DNA of 64,000 nucleotides, taken from NCBI GenBank assembly GCA_951406725.2, contig OX597836.1, forward strand, positions 26,536,001 to 26,600,000. Direction: 5' to 3'. This DNA is from Octopus vulgaris. Its lineage: Eukaryota. Each line of letters begins with the position of its first letter. Positions within the stretch are counted from its first letter, which is position 1. Below are positions 24,812 through 38,576 of this stretch, in pieces. A program made the position numbers and the translations under genes. The notes beneath the pieces are model-generated. The model had not been told where the DNA came from. It saw only the letters and a program-made list of their open reading frames with translations, and made no database searches.

Positions 24812-25045
24812 TAATAATAATAATAATAATAATTTCTACTGTAGGGATAAAGCCTGAAATTTTTATGGGAGGAGGCTAGTCAAATATTTCAACACCATTA
24901 ACTTAACTAGTATTTATTTAATCAATCCCAAAAGGATGAAATGCAAAGTCGACCTTGGCAGAATTTGAACACAGAACGGAGCAGCAGATGAAATACCGCT
25001 AAGCATTTCGCCTAGTGTGCTAACGATTCTGCCAGCTTGCTGCCA
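23910..25045 (-). mobile_element. Train of four family-B SINEs separated by (AAT)n tracts
   Basis: Copies at about 23910-24125, 24150-24362, 24565-24778 and 24835-25045. Confidence 0.8.
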
Positions 25046-26116
25046 TAATAATAATAATAATGATGATGATGATAAATGTTAAGATTTTAATGTAAAACAG
25101 CATTCGATGATATCAGTTGTGTGGTTGATCAGCAGATGCAGGGTTCAAGACTTGTCAAGAGGACCTTTTTTTATTTTTGTTTTTATTTTGTTGTTTGGTT
25201 TAGTTAACGGAAGAAGCGTGGCTCTCCCTTTATCTTCTGCATAACACCCTAAATTGATGGGGGAAAAGGAAACTCCAAGGCTGTCTCCAAAGAGCTTTCC
25301 TAAACACTTACAACAGACTGGACCCTGATAAGGGCGACCAAGGAGCAGGTAGTGATGATGTTAAAATAGTTAGATTAATTCTACCATCCGAAAGCAGGCA
25401 GAGTCTATCCAATGAACTTCCAATTCACAAGGCCATAATTGAGGCTAGAATGTGGGACAGTTGCCCTAAGTTCCACAATGGGAATCAAACCAGATCCTAT
25501 GAGGCTGCCAAGTGAGCATCTTATAAAAGACACAGCCATGTTTTTGTGGTGTACGTCTCAAGCTGGTTACTCATAATTTCTCATATATAAATAAATGAAC
25601 GCCCAAGAGAATTATTGATTTGCTTTGTTGTAAGATTCAGTACAACTGTCCTATTATTCACTGATAGATCTAAACTATCAACAGACTGAACACTGTTCTA
25701 GATTTTCAGCAAATATATCTGCTGTGCCTTCATCACTTCCTCCTTTTTCTTTGTCTTTCTGTTTTATCTCACATCACCATCCATCTCAGGCTATGCTAAT
25801 CAAGCAAGCATAATTAGCATAAAATGAGCCTAAATGGTTTCTTCAAAAATCCATTTACATTTAAGACAGATATTTTCCTCTCCAAACTTTTGCTGATACT
25901 AACCACTTTACCATAGAATACAGGAGTGGTTGATTGAAACACTACAAAGGAAACACATACAATGACATTCATACAAGAGTGTTGATGGAAAGCAATTTGT
26001 TTTCTATCCTGTCTTATCAGTGTGTGTTATTCACAGCTTATGAAGAACTATTTAGAACAAGGAGGTTGTTAGAATTGCAGTGACAACACCATCCTATCTT
26101 TCATTCAGAAAATATA

Positions 26117-27035
26117 TTGGGTCATCCCATAAATAATGCGGTTTTTTCAATTGCATGAACTAAAAGCTGGAGGGGAACAGGATAAACTACCTGCATCAAC
26201 TTGCTATAAAAGCAGGTAGTAAATTTACCTTGTTCTTATTCTTAGTGCAAGTTTTGAAGAGTGCAGGCCGATTTTAACAGTTATTTTTTTTTCAAAGCTA
26301 TAATGGAAGCAACAAAGGAGCATATTTAACATATTTTGCTTTATGGGTTCAATAAAGGCAACAATGCAATGGAAAGTGTGAGGAATATTAATGCAGTATA
26401 TGGGGATCAGACAATAAGCATAAGCCAGTGTCAATGGTGGTTCTAGAAAATCCGAGTTGGAAAATACAGCTTAGAAGACAAGCCTCATCCAGGAAGATCT
26501 GTAGAGCTCGTTGAGGACATCCTGCAAACCCTGGTGGAACAAAATCCCAACATTACTGTTGAACTAGCAGAGAAGCTTGGATTTGGTCATTCAACCATTC
26601 ATAACACCTGCATGCCATTGGAAAATGACCATCTTTGGTTTCAAGACAAAAGGTGTTCTTCCATCAGGATAATACTCGGCCGCATACAGTGAGGATGACA
26701 TTCCAAAGGTTGGAGCAGTTTGAATGGGAAACGATGCCCCACCCACCATATTCACTGGACCTTGCCCTATCTGATTATTATTTATTCCGCAGTCTTCAAA
26801 ATCATTTGGATGGAAAAAATATGAATTCTGTAGACGAGGTCAGAACAGTACTGGAGGAGTATTTTTGTCACAGTCAAGTGAATATTAGAAGAGGGGCTTT
26901 ATAAGCCTACCAGATAGATGGAAGAACATTGTAGAGAATGAAAGAGAGTATATTTTAGATTAAAAAAGAACTTTATCTTAATTTTGAAAAATAAAAGAAG
27001 TATAAAAAAACTGCATTATTTATGGGATGACCCAA
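26117..27035 (+). mobile_element. Internally deleted mariner (Tc1/mariner) DNA transposon
   Basis: 31-bp TIRs TTGGGTCATCCCATAAATAATGC(G/A)GTTTTTT with TA on both sides; transposase remnant FHQDNTRPH...HPPYSLDLALSDYYLF (26635-26904), broken elsewhere. Confidence 0.92.
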
Positions 27036-28599
27036 TATCTAAGACTACATTATCCCATGTATCCTGCATTTTGAAGGACATCAGAATTTGATTTGAGAGA
27101 GATTTGACTACTGTTTCTATGATATCAAACAAACATATAAAAAGCCCTCCTAGGCTAGTTACAGTGTTCATTATGAGGCACCGGTTTATGTAAAGCTTGC
27201 TGAGTTCAAAATTACAGTATCAACTGTTTAGTATTCAGGTTATTCTGTCAAATGTAATACTTATTAATTCATAGTGTTTTGAAATAATCAAGCATTATCT
27301 TGTTGCTTTGAGATTTTGCTGCTGTGACTGTTTACTTTTAGAACGATGTTATAAGATAGATGGGAGAGGCCAGTCCTAGCCAGTCTGAACGTAAAACGTG
27401 TAGAATAATTTGGCCGGATATAGCTGGTTTAAACGCTAAAGGGTTAAAGGAATTTACAAAATTGGTTTCAAATTTTAGCACAAGGCCAGCAATTTTGAGT
27501 GAGGGGGGTAAGTGAATCACATCGACCTCAGTGTTTAGCTGGTATTTATTTTAACTCTGAAAGACAAAGCCAACCCCAGCGGAGTTTGAACTCAGAATAA
27601 ATGTCGCTAAACATTTTTTCCAGTGCTGTAACGATTCTACCAGCTGACCATCTTGCAGGAACACACAATATTGAAATGTGGAAGGCCATGGATGTGGAGT
27701 TTCTTGGATGGAAGGCTCTTCAGTTCTTCATGTAATATTTGATGTACTAAGTTTTGGGACAGAAACAAATCAGTCCTAATTCATCAGACCTGTGATCAAA
27801 CTATGATCTGTTTAACTACAGATCAGTCCTGATTATAGAGTTGGGCTCACAATCATAGGGTCAAGAGTTCAATTCCTGAACCAAGAGATACACTGTGTCC
27901 TTGAGCAGTGAAGTGGGGTACCTAGCGGTTAGGGTATTGGACTCCCAATCATAAGGTCATTGGTTCAAACAAGGCACTTCATTTCACATTGATCCAAAGT
28001 ATTTAGCTGTTAATAAATATCATTAATGTTGATGCAATTCTCTGTCTGTCTGTCTGTCTCTCTCTCTTGCTGTCACACCTTATATGTTCAGCAGGGTTAC
28101 ATGTGGGAGGGCCAAGAGTGCACCCTATGTCTGTCTGTGACTACATAGGCACCTACAACAATTGGTAAAAGCTTTTGGAACCAGCTGCCAAGCCACACTC
28201 ACTTGCACATGACAGCCACAGTTGTCAGAAATCTTCACAAGGATCAATACAGGAATTTTTAATGGTTGGACATTAGAGAATCATCATGAAATGCAAGACA
28301 AACAACAACAACAACAACAACAGCAACTTGGCTGTCAACACCAGGAAGTTGCACTATTATACATTTAAATACATACACACATACACATAAATGTAAACAT
28401 ATAAATACATTCACACACACATATATACAGATACACATGCAATTAAATACACATACAGATCAGTTGAGATGACACAAAACACTAACAACAGACAATGTTT
28501 ATTGTAATAGTAATTAATTATAATGATGATAATTAAAGGCATTAATGATACTTCATATCAGTAATGAGATAAATAACGGTATGCTTCCACTTAGTGATT

Positions 28600-30050
28600 C
28601 TGATAAAAAAGAGGCATGGAAGAGTTTCTACGCAAGACTATAAAATGTGAAGAATGAACGGGATAAAGAGCAGTCTCCCTCGTGTGAACCCAATAGAGGG
28701 ACCAGCTATCCTAGTAGACAGCAGAATGGTACATAAGGCAATTAAAGATAACAGGGAAAGACCCTGGTCCATCTGGAGTCACTGCTGAGATGCTCAAAAT
28801 ATCTGGGAAGATAGGATACGGGCTAGTTATCCACCATAGTTAATCAGGTTATTCAAGATGTAATAACCAGTGACTGGCATAGCAGCATAATAGTTAGCTG
28901 TTACAAGGGTAAGGGAGAAGTCTTAGATAGAAGCAATTATAGCAGCATCAAACCTCTGGACCTGGTAATGAAAACTATGGAGAGTGTTATAGCCCAATTA
29001 ATTAGGAAAAGAATTAGGCTAGACGAAATGCAGTTCAGCTTTACCCCCAGGGAGAAGCACTACTGAAGCTATTTTCACAGTCAGGCAACTGCAAGAGAAG
29101 TACTTAGCTAAGAATAAACCATTATATTTGGCATTTGTTGATCTAGACAAAGCTTTTGATAGAGTACGCCGCTGTGGGCTCTGAGGAGGTTAGCGGTACA
29201 TGAGTGGCTAGTGAAAGCTGTATAGGCTGTGTACAGAGATGTTGTTAGTATGATGAGAGTTAACCACAAATACAGTGAAGAATTTGGTGTACAGGTAGGC
29301 ATTCATCAAGGATCAGTCCTCAGTCCCCTCCTTTTCATCATTGTCCTCTAGGCAATAACAAAGGAATTCAAGACCGGCACCCTCTGTGAACTACTATAGG
29401 CTGATGATCTTGGCCCCATAGCAGATTCGATATCAGAGCTAGAAGAGAAATTCTAGGTGTGGAAGAAAAGTCTGGAATCTAAGGGCCTCATGGTTAATTT
29501 AGCAAAGACCACAATTTCAGTAAGCAAGAAAACAGACAGGGCCCTACCCCTTCAGATAAATGGTCCTACTCAATTTGCAGGAAAGGCAAAAGCATGAATT
29601 CCATATGATGTACCCAGTGGAAGCTATGGACACACAAGAGATGCAGTGGAATAATAGGAAGGTTATCAGAGAAAGTAATGTTTGTATGTGGAAGATGCAC
29701 AGGAGCCATAAAAAATAGATACTTGGAAACAGATTTTCTGAAATGCCTTGAAGGTTCTTTAGAGGTAATGGATAATTTCTACAACCTAAGGGACCAAATA
29801 AGTAGTGGGGGAGGATGTACAGAAAGTGTAATAGCCAGAATAAGAATAGGATGGAGAAAATTCAGAGAGCTTTTACCTCTGTTGGCAACCAAAGGTCTCT
29901 CTCTTCCTTTCTCTCTCTGTGAAAGGAAGATTGTGTGATGTGCGTATATGAACAGCAATTCTACATGGAAATGAAACGAGGGCCCTGAATGTAGAGGACA
30001 TGTGAAGGTTAGAAAGGAATGAGGCTTGTATGCTCTGCTGGATGTGCATG
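28600..30050 (+). mobile_element. Degraded RTE-clade LINE (RT region)
   Basis: Broken frames with LQEKYLAKNKPLYLAFVDLDKAFD, IHQGSVLSPLLF and ARIRIGWRKFRELLPLL; many stops and frameshifts. Confidence 0.85.
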
Positions 30051-30589
30051 AAAGCATGGAAAACAGGACAATAAATGATTACAGGGTGGGAGCATTAAGC
30101 AGTGATGTGTATAAATGCAATGTTCAAATAATATATATATATCATCATCATCATCATCTAACGTGGAATTCAGATATATCCATCTGAAACTTCATTACTC
30201 TTACCTGCAGAGAAGCAGTTTTGTTTTATTAACAAATCAATCTTCTGTTGAGAAATGTCCTGTTTGAAATTAATTTTTCACAGTCACCTGTACATACAGG
30301 TATATCCTCTGCAAGTGCCGATGCCAAATGAAATGCATTCATGCTGGTGCCATGTAAAACACAGTCATCTTGGTGACGCATAAATGCACTCGTGCCAGTA
30401 GCACGTAAAAAGCACCCAGTACATTCTGTAAAGTGGTTGGCATTAGGAAGGGCATCCAGCCATAGAAACCACACCAAATCAGACGACTGGAACCTGGACA
30501 GCTCTATGGCTGGTCAGCTCCTGTCAAATAGTCCAATCCATGCCAGCATGGAAAGCAGACATTAAACAATGATGATGACAATGTCAAGC

Positions 30590-31200
30590 TTATTGACTTT
30601 ATCTTTCTTTATCTTTATCTAGTTTCAGCTCACGAGCTGTGGCCATGCTGGGGCACCACCATTTGGTGTTGCTACATGATTTTACTTCACGAATGCTTTT
30701 TAGCAATTGCCATTTGGTGCATGAAAGAGTTCAATGCAGCTGCCCTCATCTGCACCTCCTGCCGTGAAATTGGTTCATCTGGGACACCTGACAAGAAGAG
30801 ATCCAGTTTTATTTTAAAGACATCTGCATCCACCCCATGCAGGTCTCTCAGGTTCTTCGGGAGGATATTGAAGAGCTGTGGGCCTCTGAAGCCCAGGCTA
30901 TCACAGTATCTTGTCCTACATCTTGACGGTAAATTTGGAGTCCTTGGCACTATGTAGTGGCACCCAGTTCTGTCATTTGTGTAACTCTCAATGCCAAAGT
31001 TTGGGACAAGTCCTTCTAGGATCTTCCAGATGTATATTATGGCATATCTTTCTCGCCTACGCTCTAAGGAATAGAGTCTTTATCTCTTGAGTCTTTCTCA
31101 GTAGCTTATATGCTGTACAGAGGCTATCTTCTTCGTGTAGCTTCGTTGGATCGCCTCAAGTTCTGTGATTAACTTGACACTGGATGGTGACCATAGTTGA
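30590..31200 (-). mobile_element. CR1/L2-like LINE 3' fragment
   Basis: Minus-frame ...GPQLFNILPKNLRDLHGVDADVFKIKLDLFLSGVPDEP, a typical non-LTR ORF2 C-terminus. Confidence 0.75.
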
Positions 31201-31813
31201 GAGCAATAGTCAAAGTGGAAAATCATCATCATCATCGTTTAACGTCCGCTTTCCATGCTAGCATGGGTTGGACGGTTCAACTGGGGTCTGGCAAGCTCGA
31301 AGGCTGCACCAGGCCAGTCAGATCTGGCAGTGTTTCTACAGCTGGATGCACTGGTACCACAAGGATACAAATTCCATTGATGTTCATCTATTTTGATTTG
31401 GTTTGATTTGATTTGATTGATTTTGATTTTGTCTAATTTTGGGAGGGGAGAGGGGTAGATATTTGACATAATTACTAGAATAACCATGAAATTTAATTTC
31501 GCAGTTAATGGGTTAATTTTTAAATTATTTACACAAATCTTATCAATAATAGCATAACATAACAAACTGCTTATTGCAATCATAACAACATCAACATCCA
31601 CGATAACAACAGACTTTGAAATGTGGATAAATAAACAAAACTGAATATCTATACACACACACACATCATGCATGCTAATAATCAGGGATGGGGCATGGTA
31701 TGTAGTCATTCATGTCAAATTAGCAACTAGAAAAAATTACTCTGCTCTGATTGGTAAGTACATTAATGTACAGAAAGCATTTGATAATGGTTGGGGCAGT
31801 TGTTGAAACAGTG

Positions 31814-31871
<58 letters not shown>

Positions 31872-32416
31872 TATGTGTTTGTATATGTATATATTTTCAA
31901 TATTTTTGCACACACACATACACATGTGCGTGTGTGTGTGTGAACATATGCATATAAATATGTATATAAATATATGTGCATATATATGTATGTAAATATA
32001 AAATGTACCCAGTACGCTTTGTAAAGTGGTTGGCATTAGGAAGGGCATCCAACCATAGAAACCTTGCCAAAACAGCCAATTGGAGCCAGGTGCAGCTCTC
32101 CAGTTTGGCAGCTCCAGTCAAACCGTCCAGCCCATGCCAGCATGGGAAACAGTCATTAAATGATGATGGTGATAATGTGCATGTGTGTGTGTGTTTGTGT
32201 GTGAGAAGGTAGTGAGCTGGCAAAATTGTTTGCACATTGGACGGAATTCTTAGCGGTATTTCACCCATCGCTATGTTCTGAGTTCAAATTCAGCCACGGT
32301 CGACTTTGCCTTTCATCCTTTCGGGGTCAATAAATTAAGTACCAGTGAAACACTAGGGTCGATGTAATCGACCATCCCCCTCCCCAATATTTCAGGCCTT
32401 GAGCCTACAGCAGAAA

Positions 32417-32459
<43 letters not shown>

Positions 32460-32479
32460 CCAGCTCAAGCAAACCTTAG

Positions 32480-32740
32480 CTCAAGCTAACATCCAGCCAT
32501 CCTCATGGGAACAGATTGCCATGAATAGGACAGCCTGGAGTACTGCTATCTGCAATGGAGCCAGCTCCTTCAAGCAGAACAGACAACAGAATGAGGAGGT
32601 AAAACGCAGACGAAGAAAGGAATGTCTTCAACATCCTCAACCTGCACCGATCATCCCGTGCAAGTTCTGCCCACGACTTTTTAACTACCAACTTGGACTC
32701 TAAAGCCACTTTCAGTACAAACATCAGCTGAAGAGACAGG
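32480..32740 (+). mobile_element. RTE-BovB-like LINE C-terminal fragment
   Basis: MNRTAWSTAICNGASSFKQNR...KRRRRKE...CKFCPRLFNYQLGL, resembling the BovB-type terminal zinc finger. Confidence 0.6.
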
Positions 32741-34081
32741 ATGGAAACTGATAAACCCAATGCTCAGATATGAGCTGGAGCCAACCATATATATACATGT
32801 GTGTGTGTGTGTGTAACACATACACATAAACATTATCTTATAGAGCTTGCACTATGGTACATTCCCTTTATCAGCTGCTATCAAACGGAGATCACAATTT
32901 GGACACCTTCTGGCAGTATTGTTCCTCTTGGTGATGTCATGCAACATTGATGCTTCCAGGGAAATGTCTGTGGTTCTTTTAGCATACCCTATTGCATATT
33001 TCTTTCCACTGCTCTTCCATGTGGCCACCACCAAAATGGTCATGTTACCACTCATTGGGGTATTGTTCTTCTATCTCAGCTTTAGTCTTTCTATAACCAT
33101 GGGGAAGAATTCTCTCCTCCCATTTTTCTCTGCTTTCTTTCCCAAGTCCTGTCAAGCAGAAACCCATCTCTCTGAGAAGCATTGCTCATTGCCCTCTTCA
33201 GACCTCATTCCTAAAATTATTACCATTTTAGGACCTTTGTTCTTTTACTCCACACAGACCTATCCAATCTCTGGCCCACAAGCATGCTATCTCCTCTCTC
33301 TGTCCTCTCTATCACTACTATAATGGCCTCTGTTCCTCAAGGGTGACTAGTCTCATAACTTCTCTTCTCAGATACCTCCTGACCAAATCACCTCAACTCA
33401 TCACCTTTCTTGTGTCCAATCAATCCACTCCCCTTACCGCCATACTCACCACTATCCCTTGTCCTTCTTCCCCAAATACCACCCTTTTGAAAACTTCCTG
33501 TTCATGGTTTATCTTGCAGATTTTTGTTTACCTGTAACAGTTTAAACGATACATTAATGGCATCAACTTCACCTGTCTTGAAGAGTCTAGTAAGGCCATA
33601 AGCACTACTCCTGTTTCAAGATTTAGCAGCTAGAAAAAAAAAATCTCTCGAGGCAACACCTATTCAATAATGAGTACTCTTTATCAAGTCACGTAAAAAG
33701 CACCCACTACACTCACAGAGTGGTTGGCGTTAGGAAGGGCATCCAGCTGTAGAAACACTGCCAGATCAGACTGGAGCCTGGTGCAGCCTTCTGGCTTCCC
33801 AGACCCCGGTCGAACCATTCAACCCATGCTAGCATGGAAAACGGACGTTAAACGATGATGATGATGATGTCCCAATTGGCACACAATGTGACATGGCTGG
33901 ACCTTTGAATCATTCAATGGTCTTCCCACATAGTTTTTGTCAACAAAATGTCACTTGCAACGTTTTGGTTGATCCAAGGAAACGGCAAAAGACAGAGACA
34001 ATGTCGCTCAGCCGGATGAAACCCTTGGCTCTTGTGACTGGGAAGCGAACTCCTAAGCCACCCGCTATCTCCCTCTATTCA

Positions 34082-34462
34082 GGTGCACGCATGGCCGTGT
34101 GGTAAAAAGTTTGTTTACCAAACACATGGTTCCAGGTTCAGTCCTACAACGTGGCACCTTGGGCAAGTGTCTTTTACAATTACTTCGGGCTGACCAAAGC
34201 CTTCTGAGTGGATGTGACGGACGGAAACTGAAAGAAGCCCGTCATGTGTGTGTGGGTGTGAGACAGAGAGTCTTTGTCTCTGTGCTTGTACCCTAACCGC
34301 TTGGTAACCGGTGCTGGTTTGTTCACGTCCTCTTAAATTAGTGGTTCGGCAAAAAAGACCGAGAGAATAAGTATCTGTCTTTAAAAAATAAATACTGGGG
34401 TCGATTTGTTCGACTAAATCCTTCGGAGCAGCACACCAGCATGGCCACACTCCAATGAATAG
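34082..34462 (+). mobile_element. SINE family A (diverged)
   Basis: Same head, body and tail order as 6907-7312. Confidence 0.75.
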
Positions 34463-34896
34463 AAAATGGAAAAGATTCTAAAGATTCGCACATACGCTAA
34501 GATACGAGTCTACTTCTTAAGTAATACCTTTCTAAAAAGAGAGCCATATTTCTTTGTTTCCAAATGCCTTTCTTTATATCGGACATCAACACCATATATA
34601 CATATAACACGAGTCAACGGGGGGGAGGGGATCGAGGGAGGTACTCGTTTTGGAAGAAAAAAAACCATATTGGACAATAAAATCCTAGCTTTACAAAAAG
34701 ACGTGATGGTCATAGCTAGTATGGTTTTGGTCGTAGATTTACTCAATCAACACCATCACATTAACAACAGGTTTTAACAGGAAAAAAACTACTCCATCTA
34801 TTTTCTTTGATATCATCTTTCTCTTATACCACACACACACACACATATATATATACACACAAACAAATAAACATAAAACACGCATAGACAGACACG

Positions 34897-34961
<65 letters not shown>

Positions 34962-35126
34962 ACATGTACAATATCTATATTTGTTATATTGAGTGTGGAC
35001 ACTATGATAGAAAATACATATAATAGAATAGTGACTGTCAAGTGAATCGACCCAGCGTATGTATATGTATTTATAGATGGGTTTTACATGCATACATACA
35101 TACATACACAATAGATATCAATTGTG

Positions 35127-35127
<1 letters not shown>

Positions 35128-35205
<78 letters not shown>

Positions 35206-35212
35206 GGATGGA
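35128..35212 (+). repeat. (GATA)n microsatellite
   Basis: Read directly. Confidence 0.95.
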
Positions 35213-35420
35213 TGGGACGCATATAACAAATATTGTAAGTGGAACAGTACAAATATGCAAGACTTTTCTCAAGTTTAAAATGCGACATTGTTTTTGTTTC
35301 CTTACATTCAAGCGGCGGAGCTTTGTACCTTAAAAACCAGCTCCTTGCCTCCGAGGAAGTATCTAAATCATTGAAAAAGGAGATGAGAACATGCATACTT
35401 ATTATATACATAGTCTTTAC

Positions 35421-35525
35421 CTTAGCATCATCTTTGCTGTTAGCTCGGTGTGAAGTATGAATGAAATGTTGCAGTAACTTAACTAAATCTTCCTCCACAA
35501 TTTCTCGGTTCTTCAAACCACTCAT
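35421..35525 (-). CDS. MTMR14: MTMR14 exon 1 (start codon)
   Basis: GCC-ATG start; MSGLKNREIVEEDLVKLLQHFIHTSHRANSKDDAK resembles the MTMR14 N-terminus (LLEEFSRTQYRAKD in human); GTAAAG donor, phase 0. Confidence 0.85.
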
Positions 35526-35954
35526 GGCTGGACTTGTGGTTTTCAGAAACTCTGCTTTCTCTCCTTTTTTTTCCTTCCCACCTTATCGTCGTCTGTCGGC
35601 TTGTTTTTTTAGTTAATATGAAATATTATACTGTCCATTTAGTCGACATGACATAATTGCAACAACAATTTCCAAAACTGTTTGGGTGGGTGTGTATATA
35701 AACCTTATAAACACAACGCTTTTATACGTGTGCAACACACAAATAAATGGTAAAGGCTATTTATTTTCTGCTCAGCTATCGCTGATCCATTTTCGTTTAG
35801 CTTAATAATGCATTTATGTCAATATATATATACATATATATATGCGTGTGCATATGTCGTTTGTAGGCATGTATGTATATACACCATCGAATGTTGATGT
35901 CTAATCATCGACAACAAGAAAGACAGAGTAAGGATAGTAATGAAAGGGGAAGGA

Positions 35955-36020
35955 GTAACCAATCATTGCGCTTGTTTCAACAAAGTTCGGAATGCTTGGC
36001 ATGGCTTCAGCCAATAGCAG
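35955..36020. promoter_or_regulatory. Two CCAAT (NF-Y-like) boxes in the MTMR14/TRMU divergent intergenic region
   Basis: AACCAATCA (CCAAT 35959-35963) and AGCCAATAG (36011-36015) in locally CpG-richer, repeat-poor DNA about 0.45 kb upstream of the MTMR14 ATG. Confidence 0.45.
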
Positions 36021-37154
36021 ACGACATCTGTTAAATTACTATTGTTGTTTAGCCCGAGGTCGTTTCTGATCCAGTAGACCTGGTCGGTTTCTCTGTTTTA
36101 TTCCCATTGTCTCAGGGGTCGGCGGAGGGCGAGAAATTGGCTTGGAAATTTTGTTTTTGTATCTTTATGTTTCATATAACAGGAATTAAGATTTTGAAAA
36201 AGATTTTTTTTTTTTAATTTTTAATTTTTTTTTTAAATACGGAGACGTACTTGCATAGCAAGTGACCTGATCTGAGATCGTGTGCTGAAACAAAAACAAT
36301 TGAAGCATGGAAGGTGTTTACAAGCCATTTAAGAAACACACATAAACCGTTAGATTCGCCTCAATATTTAAATATAATTTGTCAAAATGTTTCCGTGCTG
36401 CATTTTCTTTTAGTTTTGCCGCCTCTCCTCCAATATGCTGCGTTTTCCTTTCGTCATCAAACATCGATAACCATTTCAAAACTCCACTGAACAACACTGT
36501 CCTATCTCTCTCTCACACACACACACAGAGATTTTGTCGTCGTTGGTTACCATTAGTTATCGGGAAGTTACCATTAGTTTCACGTCTAATATTGCATTTA
36601 TTAATATAGGTGACAGGATGCGCTCTGAAGGAAATCATTGAAGCAGGTCCCTATGGTCCTTTCAGTTTTAATGATTCCTTTTAGCGCAAGGCCAGCAATT
36701 TTGAAAGGAAGACACTAAACTGGTACTAATTTTATCGACCTCGAAAAGATAGTTTGGGCGGAATTTGAACAGAAGGTAAAAGAACCAGAAGAAATGCCGC
36801 TATGTAATTTTTTGTCCGGCCCCTTAACTATTCTGCCAGTTTGCCGCCTAATAATTTGAGTATTAATATTGATATATGATGCGGATAGCAGAATCGTGAA
36901 AATAGAAATGAGCAAACTGCGACCTGCCAAATGGCGCACCTGACGAAAAGTTACCTTCAATTTTTATTAATGCGGCCCGCCTGATGATGAACCGTGTCTC
37001 AAGCGATTTGCTTCTTGAAAAAGGTTGCCCGTGCCTGCGTTAGAGCGACTAACTTAACGTTTTTCAATATCTAGCTAAGTTCGACGTTTAAACCTTTCTG
37101 AGGTCGCTAAAATAAAGTAACGAAGTATTGAATCAATATATTCGATTTATGTAC

Positions 37155-37552
37155 GGCGGCGAGCTGGCAGAATCGTTAGCACGTCGGGCGAAATTCTTAG
37201 CGATATTTCGTCTGCCGTTACGTTCTGTGTTCAAATTCCGCCGAGGTCGACTTTGCCTTTCATTCTTTCGGGGTCGATTAAATAAGTACCAGTTACGCAC
37301 TGGGGTCGATGTAATCGACTTGATCCGTTTGTCTGTCCTTGTTTGTCCTCTCTGTGTTTGACCCCTTGTGGGTAATAAAGAAATAGGTATTTCGTCTGTC
37401 TTTGTGTTCTGAGTTCAAATTCCGCCGAGATCGATTTTGCCTTTCATCCATTCGGGATCGATAAATTAAATACCAGTTGCGTACTAGGTCGATTTTAACC
37501 GACTGGCATCCTCTCCAAAAATGTCAGGCCTTGTGCCTAGAGTAGAAAAGAA
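37155..37552 (+). mobile_element. tRNA-derived SINE family B, nested dimer
   Basis: Head GGCGGCGAGCTGGCAGAATCGTTAGC..GAGTTCAAATTCC; core GCCTTTCATCCTTTCGGGGTCGAT..AAGTACCAG (Meta/MESC-like central domain); more than 15 copies in the window. Confidence 0.85.
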
Positions 37553-38491
37553 TATATTGATGTCCTTCCCAAAACGTGTAGTGGGTCTTGTGACTATGTT
37601 AGAAATTATTTCTATATCGTTCAGTTTATTAGGCTTTAAACGAAATTTAAAACATTAATGGAAATTTTCAATGTAATGAAAAAATTTTATGAAAATCTAA
37701 AAAATTACGTATTAAATAATAAATTGGAATATTTATAAAACTTGGAATTTCCACGAGTTTTCATTAGTTGGGTAATGTGATGTATAAGATAAAATGCCTT
37801 GCAATGTTTTATTGTGAGCCTTCACGTTCTGGGTTCAAATCCAGCTGATTTCGACTTGGGCTCTTCTTGTGTGTGTGTGTGGTTGATAAAATAAGTACCA
37901 GTTAACTATTGATGTTAATTAAACAAATTGATCCATCCCAGAAAGTTTCTCTTCTTGTACTTATATTAAAACAGATTATTTTTCATCACCGGATAAGTTC
38001 CTGGTTAAAATTTATTCCGCCCCTTTATTTCTGTCCTTATGTTTCAGCAAGAAATCGTTAATTTATTTTTTTCCTTTTAATTCAAGGGGAAGCTTTATTT
38101 CACTCTTGAATAATTTACAATAATAATTTATCTAAAACCCTAATGTAATAACAGGATTTTTGACACAAGTTCGTTGAGGCTGCGAAACATTAAAAAATAA
38201 TCTAGGCACAAAAATATTAAAAACCTGAGGCAGACGTTTTAATATCGCTTCGTGGGTGCCAAAGTAACACGTACCCCCAACAACAATAATTATAATTATA
38301 ATAATAATTTAAGATCTGAAGCCTAATTGAAGTTATTTAGCGCTTCCCGTCTCCTTTACGAAGATAAAACACTTGCAATATTATTACACAATCGTTCACG
38401 TTTAGATCCAAATAATACGGCGATGTGCCCTTAACTCTCTCGTTTCTCATTCTCACTCTCTCTGTTAATTCTTGTTAGAATTATCTCAGAC

Positions 38492-38576
38492 ATGATCAAT
38501 GGATGGAAAACTGTGGTGTGTGGAATATCCGGAGGAGTTGATAGTGCTGTCGCAGCTATTTTACTTCGTAAAACAG
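38492..38576 (+). CDS. TRMU: TRMU (mitochondrial tRNA-specific 2-thiouridylase, MnmA/MTU1) exon 1
   Basis: MINGWKTVVCGISGGVDSAVAAILLRKT with the SGGVDS PP-loop; G/gtaatg donor. Confidence 0.95.

Noticed and set aside
32847-33540. 158-aa and 64-aa ORFs in MTMR14 intron 1
   Set aside because: No recognisable domain and no supporting splice pattern; more likely a decayed retroelement
38492-38576. TRMU lacks an obvious long mitochondrial presequence; possible bacterial mnmA transfer
   Set aside because: Animal TRMU also starts a few residues before the PP-loop, and the gene has seven spliceosomal introns
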